This document shows, piece after piece, positions 18,239 through 28,294 of a stretch of 64,000 bases of DNA. The translations under genes and the position numbers were made by a program. Origin of the DNA: Ostreococcus lucimarinus (taxonomy: Eukaryota); assembly GCA_000092065.1 (NCBI GenBank), contig CP000581.1. One strand, 5' to 3'. Below the pieces are notes generated by a model. That model did not search any database. It was not told the DNA's origin and saw only the letters and a list, made by a program, of their open reading frames with translations. Each line of letters starts with the position of its first letter. The stretch's first letter is position 1.

Positions 18239-19541
18239 TGTCTCATCGCAAGTTTGAACGTACGTGGCGACGCGAGGCGCGGCACGATGATCTCGGGACG
18301 CGATCGCGCAAAGCCCTAGCGGCGAAGGTGACCTCGCGCGACTCGACTCGGTGATGCGACGCGAACGATGACTGACGAAGACGTGTTGTGTGTGAAATAT
18401 AGACCCGCGTTACGGTAACCTCGGTTTCTTGCCGAAGAAGCGCTCGAAGCGCAGCCGGGGTAAGGTCAAGTCGTTCCCGAAGGATGACGCGAGCAAGCCG
18501 CCGCACCTCACCGCGTTCATGGGCTTCAAGGCTGGCATGACGCACATCGTTCGCGATGTCGATAAGCCCGGCTCGAAGATGCACAAGAAGGAAACGTGCG
18601 AATCGGTGACGATCATCGAGTGCCCGGAACTCATCGTGGTTGGCCTCGTCGGTTACGTGCGCACGCCGAAGGGCTTGCGCGGGAAGAAGACGGTGTGGGC
18701 CGAACACTTGAACGATGAAGTCCGCCGTCGATTCTACAAGAACTGGTTCAAGTCCAAGAAGAAGGCGTTCACCAAGTACACGAAGAACTACACCAACGGT
18801 TCCATCGACAAGGACTTGGACGAGCTCAAGAAGTCTTGCGACGTCATTCGCGTCATCGCGCACACGCAAGTGCGCAAGGTTTCAGGCTTGAAGCAAAAGA
18901 AGGCTCACATTATGGAGATTCAAGTTAACGGTGGTGACGTCGCCGCCAAGGTTGACTTTGGCTACGCTCTCTTCGAAAAGGCTGTGCCGGTCGACACCGT
19001 GTTCCAGCAAGACGAAATGATTGATCTCATCGGCGTCACGAAGGGTAAGGGTTACGAAGGCGTCGTCACCCGTTGGGGCGTCACCCGACTTCCGCGCAAG
19101 ACCCACAGAGGTTTGCGTAAGGTTGGTTGCATCGGTGCGTGGCACCCGTCGCGTGTTTCCTACACGGTTGCCCGTGCGGGTCAACACGGTTACCATCACC
19201 GTACGGAAATCAACAAGAAGGTGTACAAGATCGGCAAGGCTGGTCAAGACAGCTTCGGTGCGAGTACGTTCCACGACCCGACGGAGAAGGAAATCACCCC
19301 GATGGGTGGCTTCGCGCACTACGGTATCGTCAAGCACGACTACGTCATGATCAAGGGTGGTGTCGTCGGCCCGCGCAAGCGCTTGATCACGATGCGTCAA
19401 TCTCTCTTCAAGCAAACGCGTCGCGTCGCCACGGAGAAGATTACGCTCAAGTTCATCGACACCTCGTCCAAGTTCGGTCACGGTCGCTTCCAAACCTCCG
19501 AAGAGAAGGCGAAGGTTTTCGGTACGACGAAGCAAGCGTAA
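18239..19541 (+). CDS. RPL3: 60S ribosomal protein L3 (uL3). Spliced: micro-exon about 18239..18259 (TG TCT CAT CGC AAG TTT GAA C) plus main exon about 18402..19541. Initiator ATG not contiguous (see findings)
   Basis: Main ORF matches RPL3 almost end-to-end ([30 protein letters not shown]...[32 protein letters not shown]...). The track M is a TTG. Upstream, SHRKFE is encoded before a GTACGT donor, and the ATATAG acceptor restores [16 protein letters not shown], matching FSAPRHGSLGFLPRKR. Confidence 0.9.
18260..18402 (+). other. inferred intron of RPL3 (about 142 nt, GTACGT...ATATAG)
   Basis: Joins the conserved SHRKFE micro-exon to the main exon in frame. Confidence 0.7.
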
Positions 19542-19686
19542 GCTTCTTTGTCGTTCGCAATCGCTGGTTAGTCACGTTTGTTTTAATGTCGAAGACGCAT
19601 TTTTAGCTAAACATAATAAACTCCGAGGTCCCGGTCGGCGTCTCTGCGAACGCGCTTAAGTCGTTACGGTGGCTGATTCTCGAAGA

Positions 19687-20079
19687 TTACAAAATCTTGT
19701 TCAAGGTCTTAGTGACGGTCTCTTTCAACGCCGCGCGGTCGGGCTTGTAGAGGAGGTTCTGGTACACGAAGAAACCCGAGAAGAGGATCCCGACGAGTTC
19801 GAGAAGGTCCGGGATGAGCGGCAACGAGTCCACCGCGCGAAGCGTACCGTTCGCCGCGACGAGACCGACGAACCCGTACACACTGAGCGTCACGATCGCC
19901 GGCTTTTCATCCGACTCCTCCCACTTCTCCGAGAGCGTGTCCGTGACTTCTCTCAACTTGTCTTGCAAGTCGTCCGCCGCGGCTCTGCGCGCCACGAATC
20001 GCGCGGGTCGCGCCGCGCGAGACTTCATCGTCATTCGCGTCGTCGTCGGCGCCTTCGCCGTGATTCTCGTCGCAAGCAT
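19687..20079 (-). CDS. CURT1: CURT1/CAAD-domain thylakoid membrane protein (CURVATURE THYLAKOID 1 family) with N-terminal transit peptide
   Basis: LSEKWEESDEKPAIVTLSVYGFVGLVAANGTLRAVDSLPLIPDLLELVGILFSGFFVYQNLLYKPDRAAL aligns with Arabidopsis CURT1A LKEKWDGLENKSTVLIYGGGAIVAVWLSSIVVGAINSVPLLPKVMELVGLGYTGWFVYRYLLFKSSRKEL. Two TM helices. Ala/Arg/Thr-rich presequence. Real ATG at 20079. Confidence 0.8.
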   Translation of the reverse strand: MLATRITAKAPTTTRMTMKSRAARPARFVARRAAADDLQDKLREVTDTLSEKWEESDEKPAIVTLSVYGFVGLVAANGTLRAVDSLPLIPDLLELVGILFSGFFVYQNLLYKPDRAALKETVTKTLNKIL

Positions 20080-20663
20080 CGTCGTCGGCTTTATCTATCC
20101 TTCGTTCGCCATCGCGCGCGCATCGTCAGTCGTTTTTCGCCTCCATCCGCGACCGCGTCTCGCCGCAATCCAATCAATCAATCTTTCGCCCGCGCCAACG
20201 TCACGCCCGATCGATCGTCCGCATCGCGTCCACCCGCGTCGTTTTTCGCGCGTTCGCTCGCGTCGTTCGCGCGCGTCTCGCCGCGATCGTTCGCGCGTCG
20301 CGCGCGCGCGTCGCTTCTTCGTCGTCGCTCGACGCACCGCGTGGATCAGTGGCGCTCGCGCGTGTCGTCGCCATCGTATCTTTCCCGTCCGCGCGGGTCT
20401 CGCGGGGGTCGTTCGCGAGTCACGAACGGCGAAACCGGGGACTCCTCGAATTATACACACGGAACACACGCGTCGTCCGCGGTCGGTCGACCCATCGCGC
20501 GCCGCGCACCGCGACGCGCGCGCGCGCGCGATCCGCGCGCGGACGAACGGGTCGTCGCGATCGCGATCGCGCGCGCGCCGGCGTCGCGACGCGATCGCGG
20601 ACGCGCGCGGCGAAGAAGCGCGATCGATCGGCGCGCGGTGGTTAGCGAGGCGGCCGGGAGGCG

Positions 20664-22517
20664 ATGGACGTGGACGCGCTGACGGACGATCTCGCGCGCG
20701 CGATGGGCGCCGCGCGCGCGTCGACGGCGGGCGGGAACGATGGAACGTCGCGGGCGGCGCGCTGCGTGCGCGGGGTGGCGGGATGCCTGACGAGGAAGAT
20801 GAGCGTCGGCGAGGCGGTGCGCGCGTGCGCGGCGCCGGCGGCGAAGGTGTTGGCGCACCGAGCGCTGCGAGACGTCGGACGACGGGTCGATGAGGCGACG
20901 TTGAGGGATATCGAGAGGTTGTGCGAGGGGACGATCGCGTGGGCGTGCGAGGAGGGACGAGCGGTGACGATCTCGGAGGTGTTGCACGAGCTCGAGTTGC
21001 GGCTGAGCGACTTTGAGGCGAGCCTCGCGGCGGGATGGAGAGGGATCGAGTTCAGCGCGAGTAATCCCGAGAGTCCGGCGCACGCAGACGTGGATGATCG
21101 GCGCATGGATGTGTTTCATAGCGTCGCCGCGACGAAGAATAGGGCGTCTGAACGCGGGCGCGTGATCGACGAGTGGCGCGACGAGTTGTTGGAAAAGCTC
21201 GAGCCCGAGGAAAACTTGAAGAGCATAATCAAACCGAGGCTTTTGCTGCGCGCGTACGAGTTACTGAGCGATCGTAAGGTGGTGAACGACGACGCGGTCG
21301 AAGACATGGTGAATAAACGATTCGATAAATGGACGGAGATGTGGCGTTTGCACGTGCAGCATCAGCGACGAGAAACCGGTTCCGCGCCGGACCACGAAGG
21401 ATTTAAAGACTATTTGTACTCGTTCTTGGGAACAAAGCTCCCTGCGTTCGCGAACGGCGTTCACAAGAGCTCATTCAAGGTTCAACTCGTGCGCGAGACA
21501 GAGACAGAGAAGTTGGCGAAAGCGACCGCGGAACTCGAGCGCTCCGCGCGACCACCGAGCGACGTGACGAAGCTCAAGCACACGCTTGAACACGCAATTC
21601 AAGCCCTTCGCGCGGCTGAAACGTCCAACGACGTGTGCGCTCTTCTCACGACGCGATGGATGCGAGAAGCACTCGTCGATGCGCCGACTTTTTCTCAACC
21701 AGCTAAAAAGTCCTCCAAAAACGTCGACAGCGGCGGTCAAATGATGAAGGATTGGCAGAGAGAGGAGGGATTCGTGCTACGATTTTCCAACCGGCACGGT
21801 GGAGCGTCGAGTGGAAATGCAGCTGGGTTTAAGAATATTTCCGACGACGCGTGGAAGGAGTCCTACGTATCCACGGGACCGTTTCGCGTGCACTTTATGC
21901 GCGCGTGCGCCGAAATCGAAGCCGCGCTTCAAGACTGCTCGACGTGCAACTTGCACAACGTATCCGCGGATGAAAAGCGTGAGGCGTGCGTGAAAGGGGC
22001 CGCGCGTGTCATGTTTGTCGCATCTCGAACGATGCGCAGTGGCGATGGGCTGGATTTCGTTCACAACTTGTTCGGCCCGCCGCCCGAGTTTAGCGTCTCT
22101 CTCGTGGATCCGGGAAAGACGAAGAAGATTGTTGCCGAAAATTCATCGATCGGCACGCCGATCGTCGTCGAAGTCACGAGTGATATCGTCACCATTCGGT
22201 GCGTCGACGTGTTCGTCATCGTCAAACACTGCTTCGCCGACGAAACGAACGCATCGAACGCTCGTTCCGCGCGACGGGCGACCGAGGCGTCGGATTCTTT
22301 ACGACCGTGGGCGTGCGTCGCCCTCGAGACGACGCAATCCCTTCGCACCGCCTCCGACGGCTCCCTCAAGCTCGTCAAGCAGCGCATCGCCGTGGACAAA
22401 AACATTCCTCAGCCCGTGCTGGACGCCTTCCTCGCCGTATCTCTCGATTCCGCGGACGTCGTCCGCGCTTCGCGACCGCCGCTTCGGCTTCGCGTCTCCG
22501 CCGCCGCCTTCGCGTGA
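20664..22517 (+). CDS. hypothetical protein (617 aa), no confident domain assignment
   Basis: Long ORF with real ATG and typical codon usage. Not low-complexity through most of its length. Function unknown. Confidence 0.55.
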   Translation: MDVDALTDDLARAMGAARASTAGGNDGTSRAARCVRGVAGCLTRKMSVGEAVRACAAPAAKVLAHRALRDVGRRVDEATLRDIERLCEGTIAWACEEGRAVTISEVLHELELRLSDFEASLAAGWRGIEFSASNPESPAHADVDDRRMDVFHSVAATKNRASERGRVIDEWRDELLEKLEPEENLKSIIKPRLLLRAYELLSDRKVVNDDAVEDMVNKRFDKWTEMWRLHVQHQRRETGSAPDHEGFKDYLYSFLGTKLPAFANGVHKSSFKVQLVRETETEKLAKATAELERSARPPSDVTKLKHTLEHAIQALRAAETSNDVCALLTTRWMREALVDAPTFSQPAKKSSKNVDSGGQMMKDWQREEGFVLRFSNRHGGASSGNAAGFKNISDDAWKESYVSTGPFRVHFMRACAEIEAALQDCSTCNLHNVSADEKREACVKGAARVMFVASRTMRSGDGLDFVHNLFGPPPEFSVSLVDPGKTKKIVAENSSIGTPIVVEVTSDIVTIRCVDVFVIVKHCFADETNASNARSARRATEASDSLRPWACVALETTQSLRTASDGSLKLVKQRIAVDKNIPQPVLDAFLAVSLDSADVVRASRPPLRLRVSAAAFA

Positions 22518-22573
22518 CGCCTTCGCGTCTCCGCCGCGACGATCGCGACGATCGCGTTCGTCTCGCGTCGTCG

Positions 22574-25174
22574 ATGCCATCCCACTCGACCCATAGTCTG
22601 CGTTTCTCAATCTCACGCATCGGTCTCCCCGCGCTCGTCGCGCTCGTCCGCGTCGCTCGCGCTCGCCCTCGGCCCCCCAGGCCTGGGCTCGCCGCCGTCG
22701 TTCGGCCGAGGATCGGGATTGGCGCGATTGTCGTCGTCGCAATTACACCGCGCGCGACCGCGCGCGAACGCGCCGCGCGCGCTCGAGCGCTCGAACGCGC
22801 GCGGGAAGGCGTCGCGCGCGTCGCGAGCGTCGCGATGCTCGCGCGCGACGTCGCGCGCGACGTCGCGCGCGCGACGCGCGACGCGCGCGAAGACCTGGCG
22901 TTCGGAAGCGCGGCGACGATGCGGTTCACGCGCGCGCCGACGAGCGCGCGAGGGACGAGCGAGGCGGTGCGAGCGTCGCCGACGCAAGCGCGGATCGCGG
23001 CGGAGGCGCGGGAGCGCGGCGAGGGACGGACGCGGTCGCCGTCGCCGGCGAAACGGTCGCGAAAGGGAAAACCGAGGAGCACGAGGACGGGCGCGGTGAG
23101 CGCGAGGACGCGATTGGCGTTCTCTCCGGAGGCGGCGGTGGCGATGCTTCGAGGGATGAATCGACGCGCTGGGAAGGGGGCGAACGGCGGCGGAGGAGAG
23201 GCGAACGCGAGCGCGAATGAGCGAGGGAAGAGAACGAAGACGGAGACGAAGAAGAAACCGCCGCGGAGAAAGTTGGTTCGGTCGGAAAGTTTCAAGTACT
23301 TGAACGAGGCGGGCGAGCTGGAAGCGGTGGAGGGCGCGCCGAATGGGCGCGATGGCGGTAAAAACGATGGTGGCGGCGCCGGTCTCGCGGGTGCGAATGG
23401 AAACGGTTACAAGACGACGGCGAGCGGCGCGAAGCGAGGCAGAGGCGAACAGCCGCTGCCGTCGACGAGTGGTGGTGGCGCGGGATCAAAGACGAAGAAG
23501 CAAACGTTACGTGCGAAGTCAGAGACCAGGCGCGTATCGCTTGATCCGCGCGGTCGAGCGAAAAACAAGCCGTTTGAAAACAACACGCTGTACCAGCCTG
23601 GAAACGTCATCGTGGGTTTACATCTCAACACGCGCGGAGGTAAGGAATGGTACACGAACAAGCAATTGGTTGGATCGTGCAAGCCGGGCTCGTTGTTAGA
23701 AATATCATCAAAGTCCTTGACGGCGCCGACAAAGGCGGCGATTTCTAGCGCGTTGCGCGACGAAGCCAACGGAGAGAAAGTCGAGAAATTTGTTCGCGTC
23801 AAGGTCATGTCGCATTACTTAGACGTGAGTGGCTGGACGCTCACGACGGTGCAAGTAGTGCCGCTACGCTGGAATAGACATGGGCCGAAGCACATACTTC
23901 CGTTGTGCGCTGCCGCCGGCGTGGAGCTCGTTTTCAACTTGACCGAAGAGGCGGCGTACGGATGCTTGCGCGTTTTCAGGTTTCCAATAGGCTCAAATGG
24001 TCATCTCAGCGAGCTGCGCAAGAGCACGAAGGGTGCGACGTCACCGTCTACGCTCGATTCGGAGCGCGTTGTGCGACCGAGCACACCGCCGAGAATGCGA
24101 ACACCATCGCCGAAGAAGCGAAAGAACCGGGCTCACGGTGGATCCTCGGATCGAACGAGCGATCCGTCGAACGCCGCCGCCGCCGCCGCCGCCGCTGAGG
24201 CTCTGGAAGCGCAAGAGGAAGACGAAGACGAGGAAGACGCTGAAGAAGACGGAGACGGAGACGGAGACGAAGACGAGGAAGACGCTGAAGAAGACGGAGA
24301 CGGAGACGGAGACGAAGACGAAGACGAAGACGAAGAGTTGGGCGAAGCGTTCATCCCAGAAAATGGATTGCACAGCGAACTTCCATCCAGTTTGCCCGTC
24401 ATCAAGCCCGTTTTGGGCACGCCATTCTGGGATCAACCGCGCAACGCAACGAACGCAGAAGTCGAGTTGGGTGCGCCAGTGCTTACGATCGGTGAAATCG
24501 GTGGCATCGAACAGCGTCACATTGAGACCCCGCGCAAACGGACAGTCGACTCGCCGCTCTTCGACAACGGCCGAGCGCAACTGCGAGAGTTTTACGACCG
24601 ATTTCACGAACGCGCCACCATTGACGCTGCGCGACCGTACAGAGAACACGTGGTGACGACCGACACATACGTCCCTAGCGGATCGCCCTTGACGATGTCA
24701 CTGCCGCAATCGCAGGTTCACAACATGCCGCCTGTAGCCGCGCAGCGCTTCGTCAGTCCCACCGTGTACTACCTCCCGGTCCCGATTTCTCCGCACGGAG
24801 CGTCGGGAACCATCACTGAAACCATCGTTGGGGGCATGCGCTTACGCATCACTCAGGAACCGATCGAAGGATGGGCGCGGCACGACGTAGTCGCCGAGAC
24901 GGCGAACAATCCCCATCCGCAGCTTCGCACGGAATCGGATGCCTTCTCCGATGTTCACCGCGAGCGTCAGCGTGTCAACGCCAAGCGTGGAGTCCCGAAA
25001 GCACGCGCGAAGCAAATGCGCGTTCAAGATGATGATGACAACCTTCTCGCCGCCAACCTACTCATGCTCAAGACATCCGTCGCCGGACAAAAGCGCAAGC
25101 CGCCGACGCCGAGCAAACCGAGCGCCAAGCGAGCGAAATCGCAAAAAGTCGACTCTGCGCGGAAATCGAGATGA
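22574..25174 (+). CDS. hypothetical, probably nuclear protein with Arg-rich N-terminal region, central globular domain, acidic tandem repeat and basic NLS-like C-terminus. Start uncertain
   Basis: ORF open from 22199 but overlaps the previous gene until 22517; first ATG after that is 22574. Globular segment NNTLYQPGNVIVGLHLNTRGGKEWYTNKQLVGSC...FVRVKVMSHYLDVSGW...VFRFPIGSNG. Acidic repeat EEDAEEDGDGDGDEDE x2. C-terminal KRKPPTPSKPSAKRAKSQK. Confidence 0.45.
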   Translation: MPSHSTHSLRFSISRIGLPALVALVRVARARPRPPRPGLAAVVRPRIGIGAIVVVAITPRATARERAARARALERAREGVARVASVAMLARDVARDVARATRDAREDLAFGSAATMRFTRAPTSARGTSEAVRASPTQARIAAEARERGEGRTRSPSPAKRSRKGKPRSTRTGAVSARTRLAFSPEAAVAMLRGMNRRAGKGANGGGGEANASANERGKRTKTETKKKPPRRKLVRSESFKYLNEAGELEAVEGAPNGRDGGKNDGGGAGLAGANGNGYKTTASGAKRGRGEQPLPSTSGGGAGSKTKKQTLRAKSETRRVSLDPRGRAKNKPFENNTLYQPGNVIVGLHLNTRGGKEWYTNKQLVGSCKPGSLLEISSKSLTAPTKAAISSALRDEANGEKVEKFVRVKVMSHYLDVSGWTLTTVQVVPLRWNRHGPKHILPLCAAAGVELVFNLTEEAAYGCLRVFRFPIGSNGHLSELRKSTKGATSPSTLDSERVVRPSTPPRMRTPSPKKRKNRAHGGSSDRTSDPSNAAAAAAAAEALEAQEEDEDEEDAEEDGDGDGDEDEEDAEEDGDGDGDEDEDEDEELGEAFIPENGLHSELPSSLPVIKPVLGTPFWDQPRNATNAEVELGAPVLTIGEIGGIEQRHIETPRKRTVDSPLFDNGRAQLREFYDRFHERATIDAARPYREHVVTTDTYVPSGSPLTMSLPQSQVHNMPPVAAQRFVSPTVYYLPVPISPHGASGTITETIVGGMRLRITQEPIEGWARHDVVAETANNPHPQLRTESDAFSDVHRERQRVNAKRGVPKARAKQMRVQDDDDNLLAANLLMLKTSVAGQKRKPPTPSKPSAKRAKSQKVDSARKSR
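24215..24340 (+). repeat. coding tandem repeat of about 48-57 bp (GAAGAC/GGAGAC units) encoding the acidic EEDAEEDGDGDGDEDE x2 tract
   Basis: Direct reading of the duplicated gaagacgaggaagacgctgaagaagacggagacggagacggagac. Confidence 0.8.
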
Positions 25175-25545
25175 TTCATTCTGCGCGCGCTCGAACTCTA
25201 CTCCTGTACTCGCAACTTCTGTATCAAATTCACCGCGCGCCCTTACGGCGCCGATCGATTGTAACAACCCCGCATTCACGCAACCGCGCTTCGTCTTCGA
25301 GCGCTCCGCGCCCGACCAGTCGCGACTCACCCGGAGGGGCTCGAGAAAGATTAGAAGAATGCTGCCAACTCGTCAGAACGCGTCGAACGAAAACGCGTCG
25401 ACGCGCCGCGACCGCCGCGACCGCCGCGAGCGAACGAACCGCGAAGCGCCGACGCGAATGCGTCCATGTCGACCGCCTCGACCACCGCGCGCGCGCCGTT
25501 CGCGCGTGGTTGGAATTTATGAATAAAATTCTGATTAAACATCTT

Positions 25546-27510
25546 CTATGATGCGCCTCCATTCAAAGCCGCCGCTGACGCCACTCGATCTTCGCGAGAG
25601 TTCTTGGAGTTAAGTTGTTGCTCCCACATATCCCTGTACAAGCCACGCTGTTTCCCGTGCAGCGTGACGTGATCGCCACTCTCGACGATTTCGCCCTCCT
25701 TCAAGACGAGAATGTTATCGCTATCCATAACTGTACTCAGACGATGCGCGATGACGAGATTTGTTCTTCCTTGCGCCGCAAAGTTGATAGCGACCATGAT
25801 TTGCTTCTCAGTGTGCGTATCTAAGCTCGATGTCGCTTCATCGTAGACCATGATTGGTGGATTCTTCAACAACGCTCGCGCGATGGCGACGCGTTGCTTC
25901 TCGCCGCCGCTGAGCCTCAAACCTCGTTCGCCGACGAGAGTGTTGTACCCTAAAGGTTGGCGCCTGACAAAATCATCGAATTGGGCGTGCTCCGCAGCCG
26001 CCGTGACCTCATCCGTCGTGGCGACTTCCCCCGTGCCAAGCTTGCCGAAGCCAATGTTGTACTCGATGGTGTCGTTGAACAAGACGCAGTCTTGCGGGAC
26101 GATGCCGATGTGCAACCGCACGCTTCGCTGCGTGCATCGCTTGATGTCTTGACCAGCTATACGTATAACACCACCTTGTATGTCGTAAAGGCGGTAGATG
26201 AGTTTGCTTATCGTACTTTTTCCAGCGCCGGATCGTCCGACGAGCGCCACCTTTGTGCCGGGCTCGACGATGAACGATACGCGATTGAGAATAAGCCTCT
26301 CGTTAGGATTATACGCAAAAGTAACGTTCTCAAACTCCACTCTGGCGTCAGCTTTAGATTTAAGAACGAGCACTTTCGAATCTTGCAAGTCTTCCACTTC
26401 TTGGTGTTCTCTGAGAAGTTTGAACATTGACTCCACGTCGACCATGCACTGCTTTATCATGCGATAATACGTCCCTAGGAAATTCAGTGGCACGTACAGC
26501 TGCAAAATGTACGTATTCACTAGAACAAAGTCACCGACGGTCATCTTTCCCTCCACGACTCGCTTCGCCGCCAGAGCGAGAGATGCGGTAATACCGACGG
26601 TGATGATGAGCGCTTGACCGAGGTTCAATCCGGCGAGAGACTGCGTCGTCTTTAACGTCGCCTTTTGCGTCGAGCGCAAGGCTTCGTCGTAGGTGTGAGT
26701 GATGTGCGGCTCAGCGCAAAACAATTTGATGGTTTCGAAATTCAGAAGCGAATCCGTCGCCTTCTGGTTGAACGCGTCGTCCGCAAGAACCATTTCTCTC
26801 CTAAACTTGTTTCGCCACTCCGTAAACGGAACGGTGAAGCCGATGTACGCCGCGATCACGCCGACGGTGATGACGGCAAAGCACCATTCGTATTGCGAAA
26901 ACAAATACGCACACACCAAGCCAACCTCTAAGAAGATCGGCGCGATCTGAAACGAAATATATCGCAACAAGTTCGCGAACGACTCCGAACCTCGCGCGCA
27001 CGCCCGAATCACCGCCCCCGTCTTTCTATTGATGTGAAATCTCAGACTCAGATCCATGACGTGCGTGAACACTCGAAGCGATATTCCACGACTCGCGTGC
27101 GCCGCGACGTACGCGAAGCAATTATCCTTCAGCTCTGCGCACAAATTCGCCCCGAACCGCAGCGCGCCGTAAATCAAAATCGGCTGCAAGTACCCGTTCT
27201 CCCCCTTCGCAATCTTATCCACCGCCGCCTTCAGCGCGATCGGCGACGCGACGTTCGCCACTTTGGACGCCAACAAAAATATCACGCTCGCCGTGAACAT
27301 CACTTTGAGCAACGGTTGATCCTTCGGCCACAGGTACGGCAGCAGATGTCGCAGGTCTTCCTTGTGTCGCCTCCAAAACGACTCCTCCGCCTCGCTCTTC
27401 TTCGTCGATCCCCCGTTCGCCGCCTCGGACGCGCTCGGCGCGCGCGTTCCATCGTTCTTCGTCGCCGCGGCGACGTTCACGATCACCGCGCTCGCGGTCG
27501 TCGTCGACAT
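25546..27510 (-). CDS. ABC transporter, B-family half-transporter (ATM1/ABCB7-like, mitochondrial Fe-S cluster export type)
   Basis: N-terminal 6-TM domain plus C-terminal nucleotide-binding domain. Walker A GRSGAGKST, signature LSGGEKQRVAIARA, Walker B IMVYDEATSSLD. LPYLWPKDQPLLKVMF resembles the ATM1 N-terminus. Real ATG at 27510. Confidence 0.85.
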   Translation of the reverse strand: MSTTTASAVIVNVAAATKNDGTRAPSASEAANGGSTKKSEAEESFWRRHKEDLRHLLPYLWPKDQPLLKVMFTASVIFLLASKVANVASPIALKAAVDKIAKGENGYLQPILIYGALRFGANLCAELKDNCFAYVAAHASRGISLRVFTHVMDLSLRFHINRKTGAVIRACARGSESFANLLRYISFQIAPIFLEVGLVCAYLFSQYEWCFAVITVGVIAAYIGFTVPFTEWRNKFRREMVLADDAFNQKATDSLLNFETIKLFCAEPHITHTYDEALRSTQKATLKTTQSLAGLNLGQALIITVGITASLALAAKRVVEGKMTVGDFVLVNTYILQLYVPLNFLGTYYRMIKQCMVDVESMFKLLREHQEVEDLQDSKVLVLKSKADARVEFENVTFAYNPNERLILNRVSFIVEPGTKVALVGRSGAGKSTISKLIYRLYDIQGGVIRIAGQDIKRCTQRSVRLHIGIVPQDCVLFNDTIEYNIGFGKLGTGEVATTDEVTAAAEHAQFDDFVRRQPLGYNTLVGERGLRLSGGEKQRVAIARALLKNPPIMVYDEATSSLDTHTEKQIMVAINFAAQGRTNLVIAHRLSTVMDSDNILVLKEGEIVESGDHVTLHGKQRGLYRDMWEQQLNSKNSREDRVASAAALNGGAS

Positions 27511-27745
27511 GTCGCCGACGACACCCGGTCGCCGACGTCAGCGCGTCGTTATCCTCCGCGCTCGCGCGTCGACGCGCGCGCGACGCGGCGCGCGCGCGGC
27601 GGGGGAGAGGAGATTCGCGTTCGCGCGCCTCGCGCCTCGCGCGCGATGGACGGACGCGTTCGCGCGCGTCCGCGTCGTCGAGTGCGACGGCGAACGCGAT
27701 GCGACGCGTCGACGTCGCAAAACCGCGCGCGCGGCGCCGCGCGCG

Positions 27746-28294
27746 ATGACGAAACCGTCGCGCGAGCGCGCGCGCACGTCGAAGGCGACGCCGGCGGCGT
27801 CCGCGCGCGGCGTCGGGGCGACGACGACGACGACGAAGGCGAAGGCGAAGGCGAAGCGCGCCGCCGACGGTGGGCGAGGCGACGGCGCGGCGCGCGACGA
27901 CGCGAAACGGGGACGCGACGCGCGCGCGAGCGGTGAGGAAGGGGCGAAAGCGAACGATGACGATGGGTTCGACGTCGACGCGCTGTTCGGGGACGCGAAG
28001 AAGCGCGCGGTGAAGATGAATTCGGGCGCGCGAGAGGCGGCGGCTGCGGCGGAGGCGCCGCGCGTGCGCGTGCTGCTCCCGGGACAGAAGAAACCGAAAC
28101 AGAAGAGAGATAAGCCAGAGTTTACGCCCGTAGATAAACCGCGAAGGTATGAGGACGGTTTGCCGGTGTATAAATCGTACGGGGATTTCAGCGACATGAA
28201 GGCGGGGCAGTGCGACGACGGGAACGGGAAGAAACGGGGACCGAACGGCGAACCGGGCGGAGATTGTCCTTTCGACTGCTGGTGTTGCTTCTGA
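27746..28294 (+). CDS. small basic conserved eukaryotic protein with C-terminal CPFDCWCCF motif (DUF1764-like)
   Basis: Lys/Arg-rich protein ending ...RRYEDGLPVYKSYGDFSDMKAGQCDDGNGKKRGPNGEPGGDCPFDCWCCF. From memory, the C-terminal CPFDCxCCF is the hallmark of a small eukaryotic DUF1764 family; I cannot verify this here. Start chosen at the first ATG clear of the ABC gene. Confidence 0.5.
   Translation: MTKPSRERARTSKATPAASARGVGATTTTTKAKAKAKRAADGGRGDGAARDDAKRGRDARASGEEGAKANDDDGFDVDALFGDAKKRAVKMNSGAREAAAAAEAPRVRVLLPGQKKPKQKRDKPEFTPVDKPRRYEDGLPVYKSYGDFSDMKAGQCDDGNGKKRGPNGEPGGDCPFDCWCCF

Noticed and set aside
18260-18402. C/D-box snoRNA inside the RPL3 intron
   Set aside because: GATGAT / GTGATGC / ATGACTGA motifs are present, but no canonical RUGAUGA...CUGA pair with a terminal stem could be made convincing by eye.
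22199-22573. Upstream extension of the 22.2-25.2 kb ORF
   Set aside because: It overlaps the 3' end of the preceding gene (stop at 22517) in another frame; translation is Arg-rich. Start moved to 22574, still uncertain.
20664-25174. Considered merging the 617-aa ORF and the following ORF into one spliced gene
   Set aside because: The first ends with a clean TGA at 22517. No GT[AG]CG donor plus acceptor pair restores a continuous conserved protein. They are kept as separate hypotheticals.
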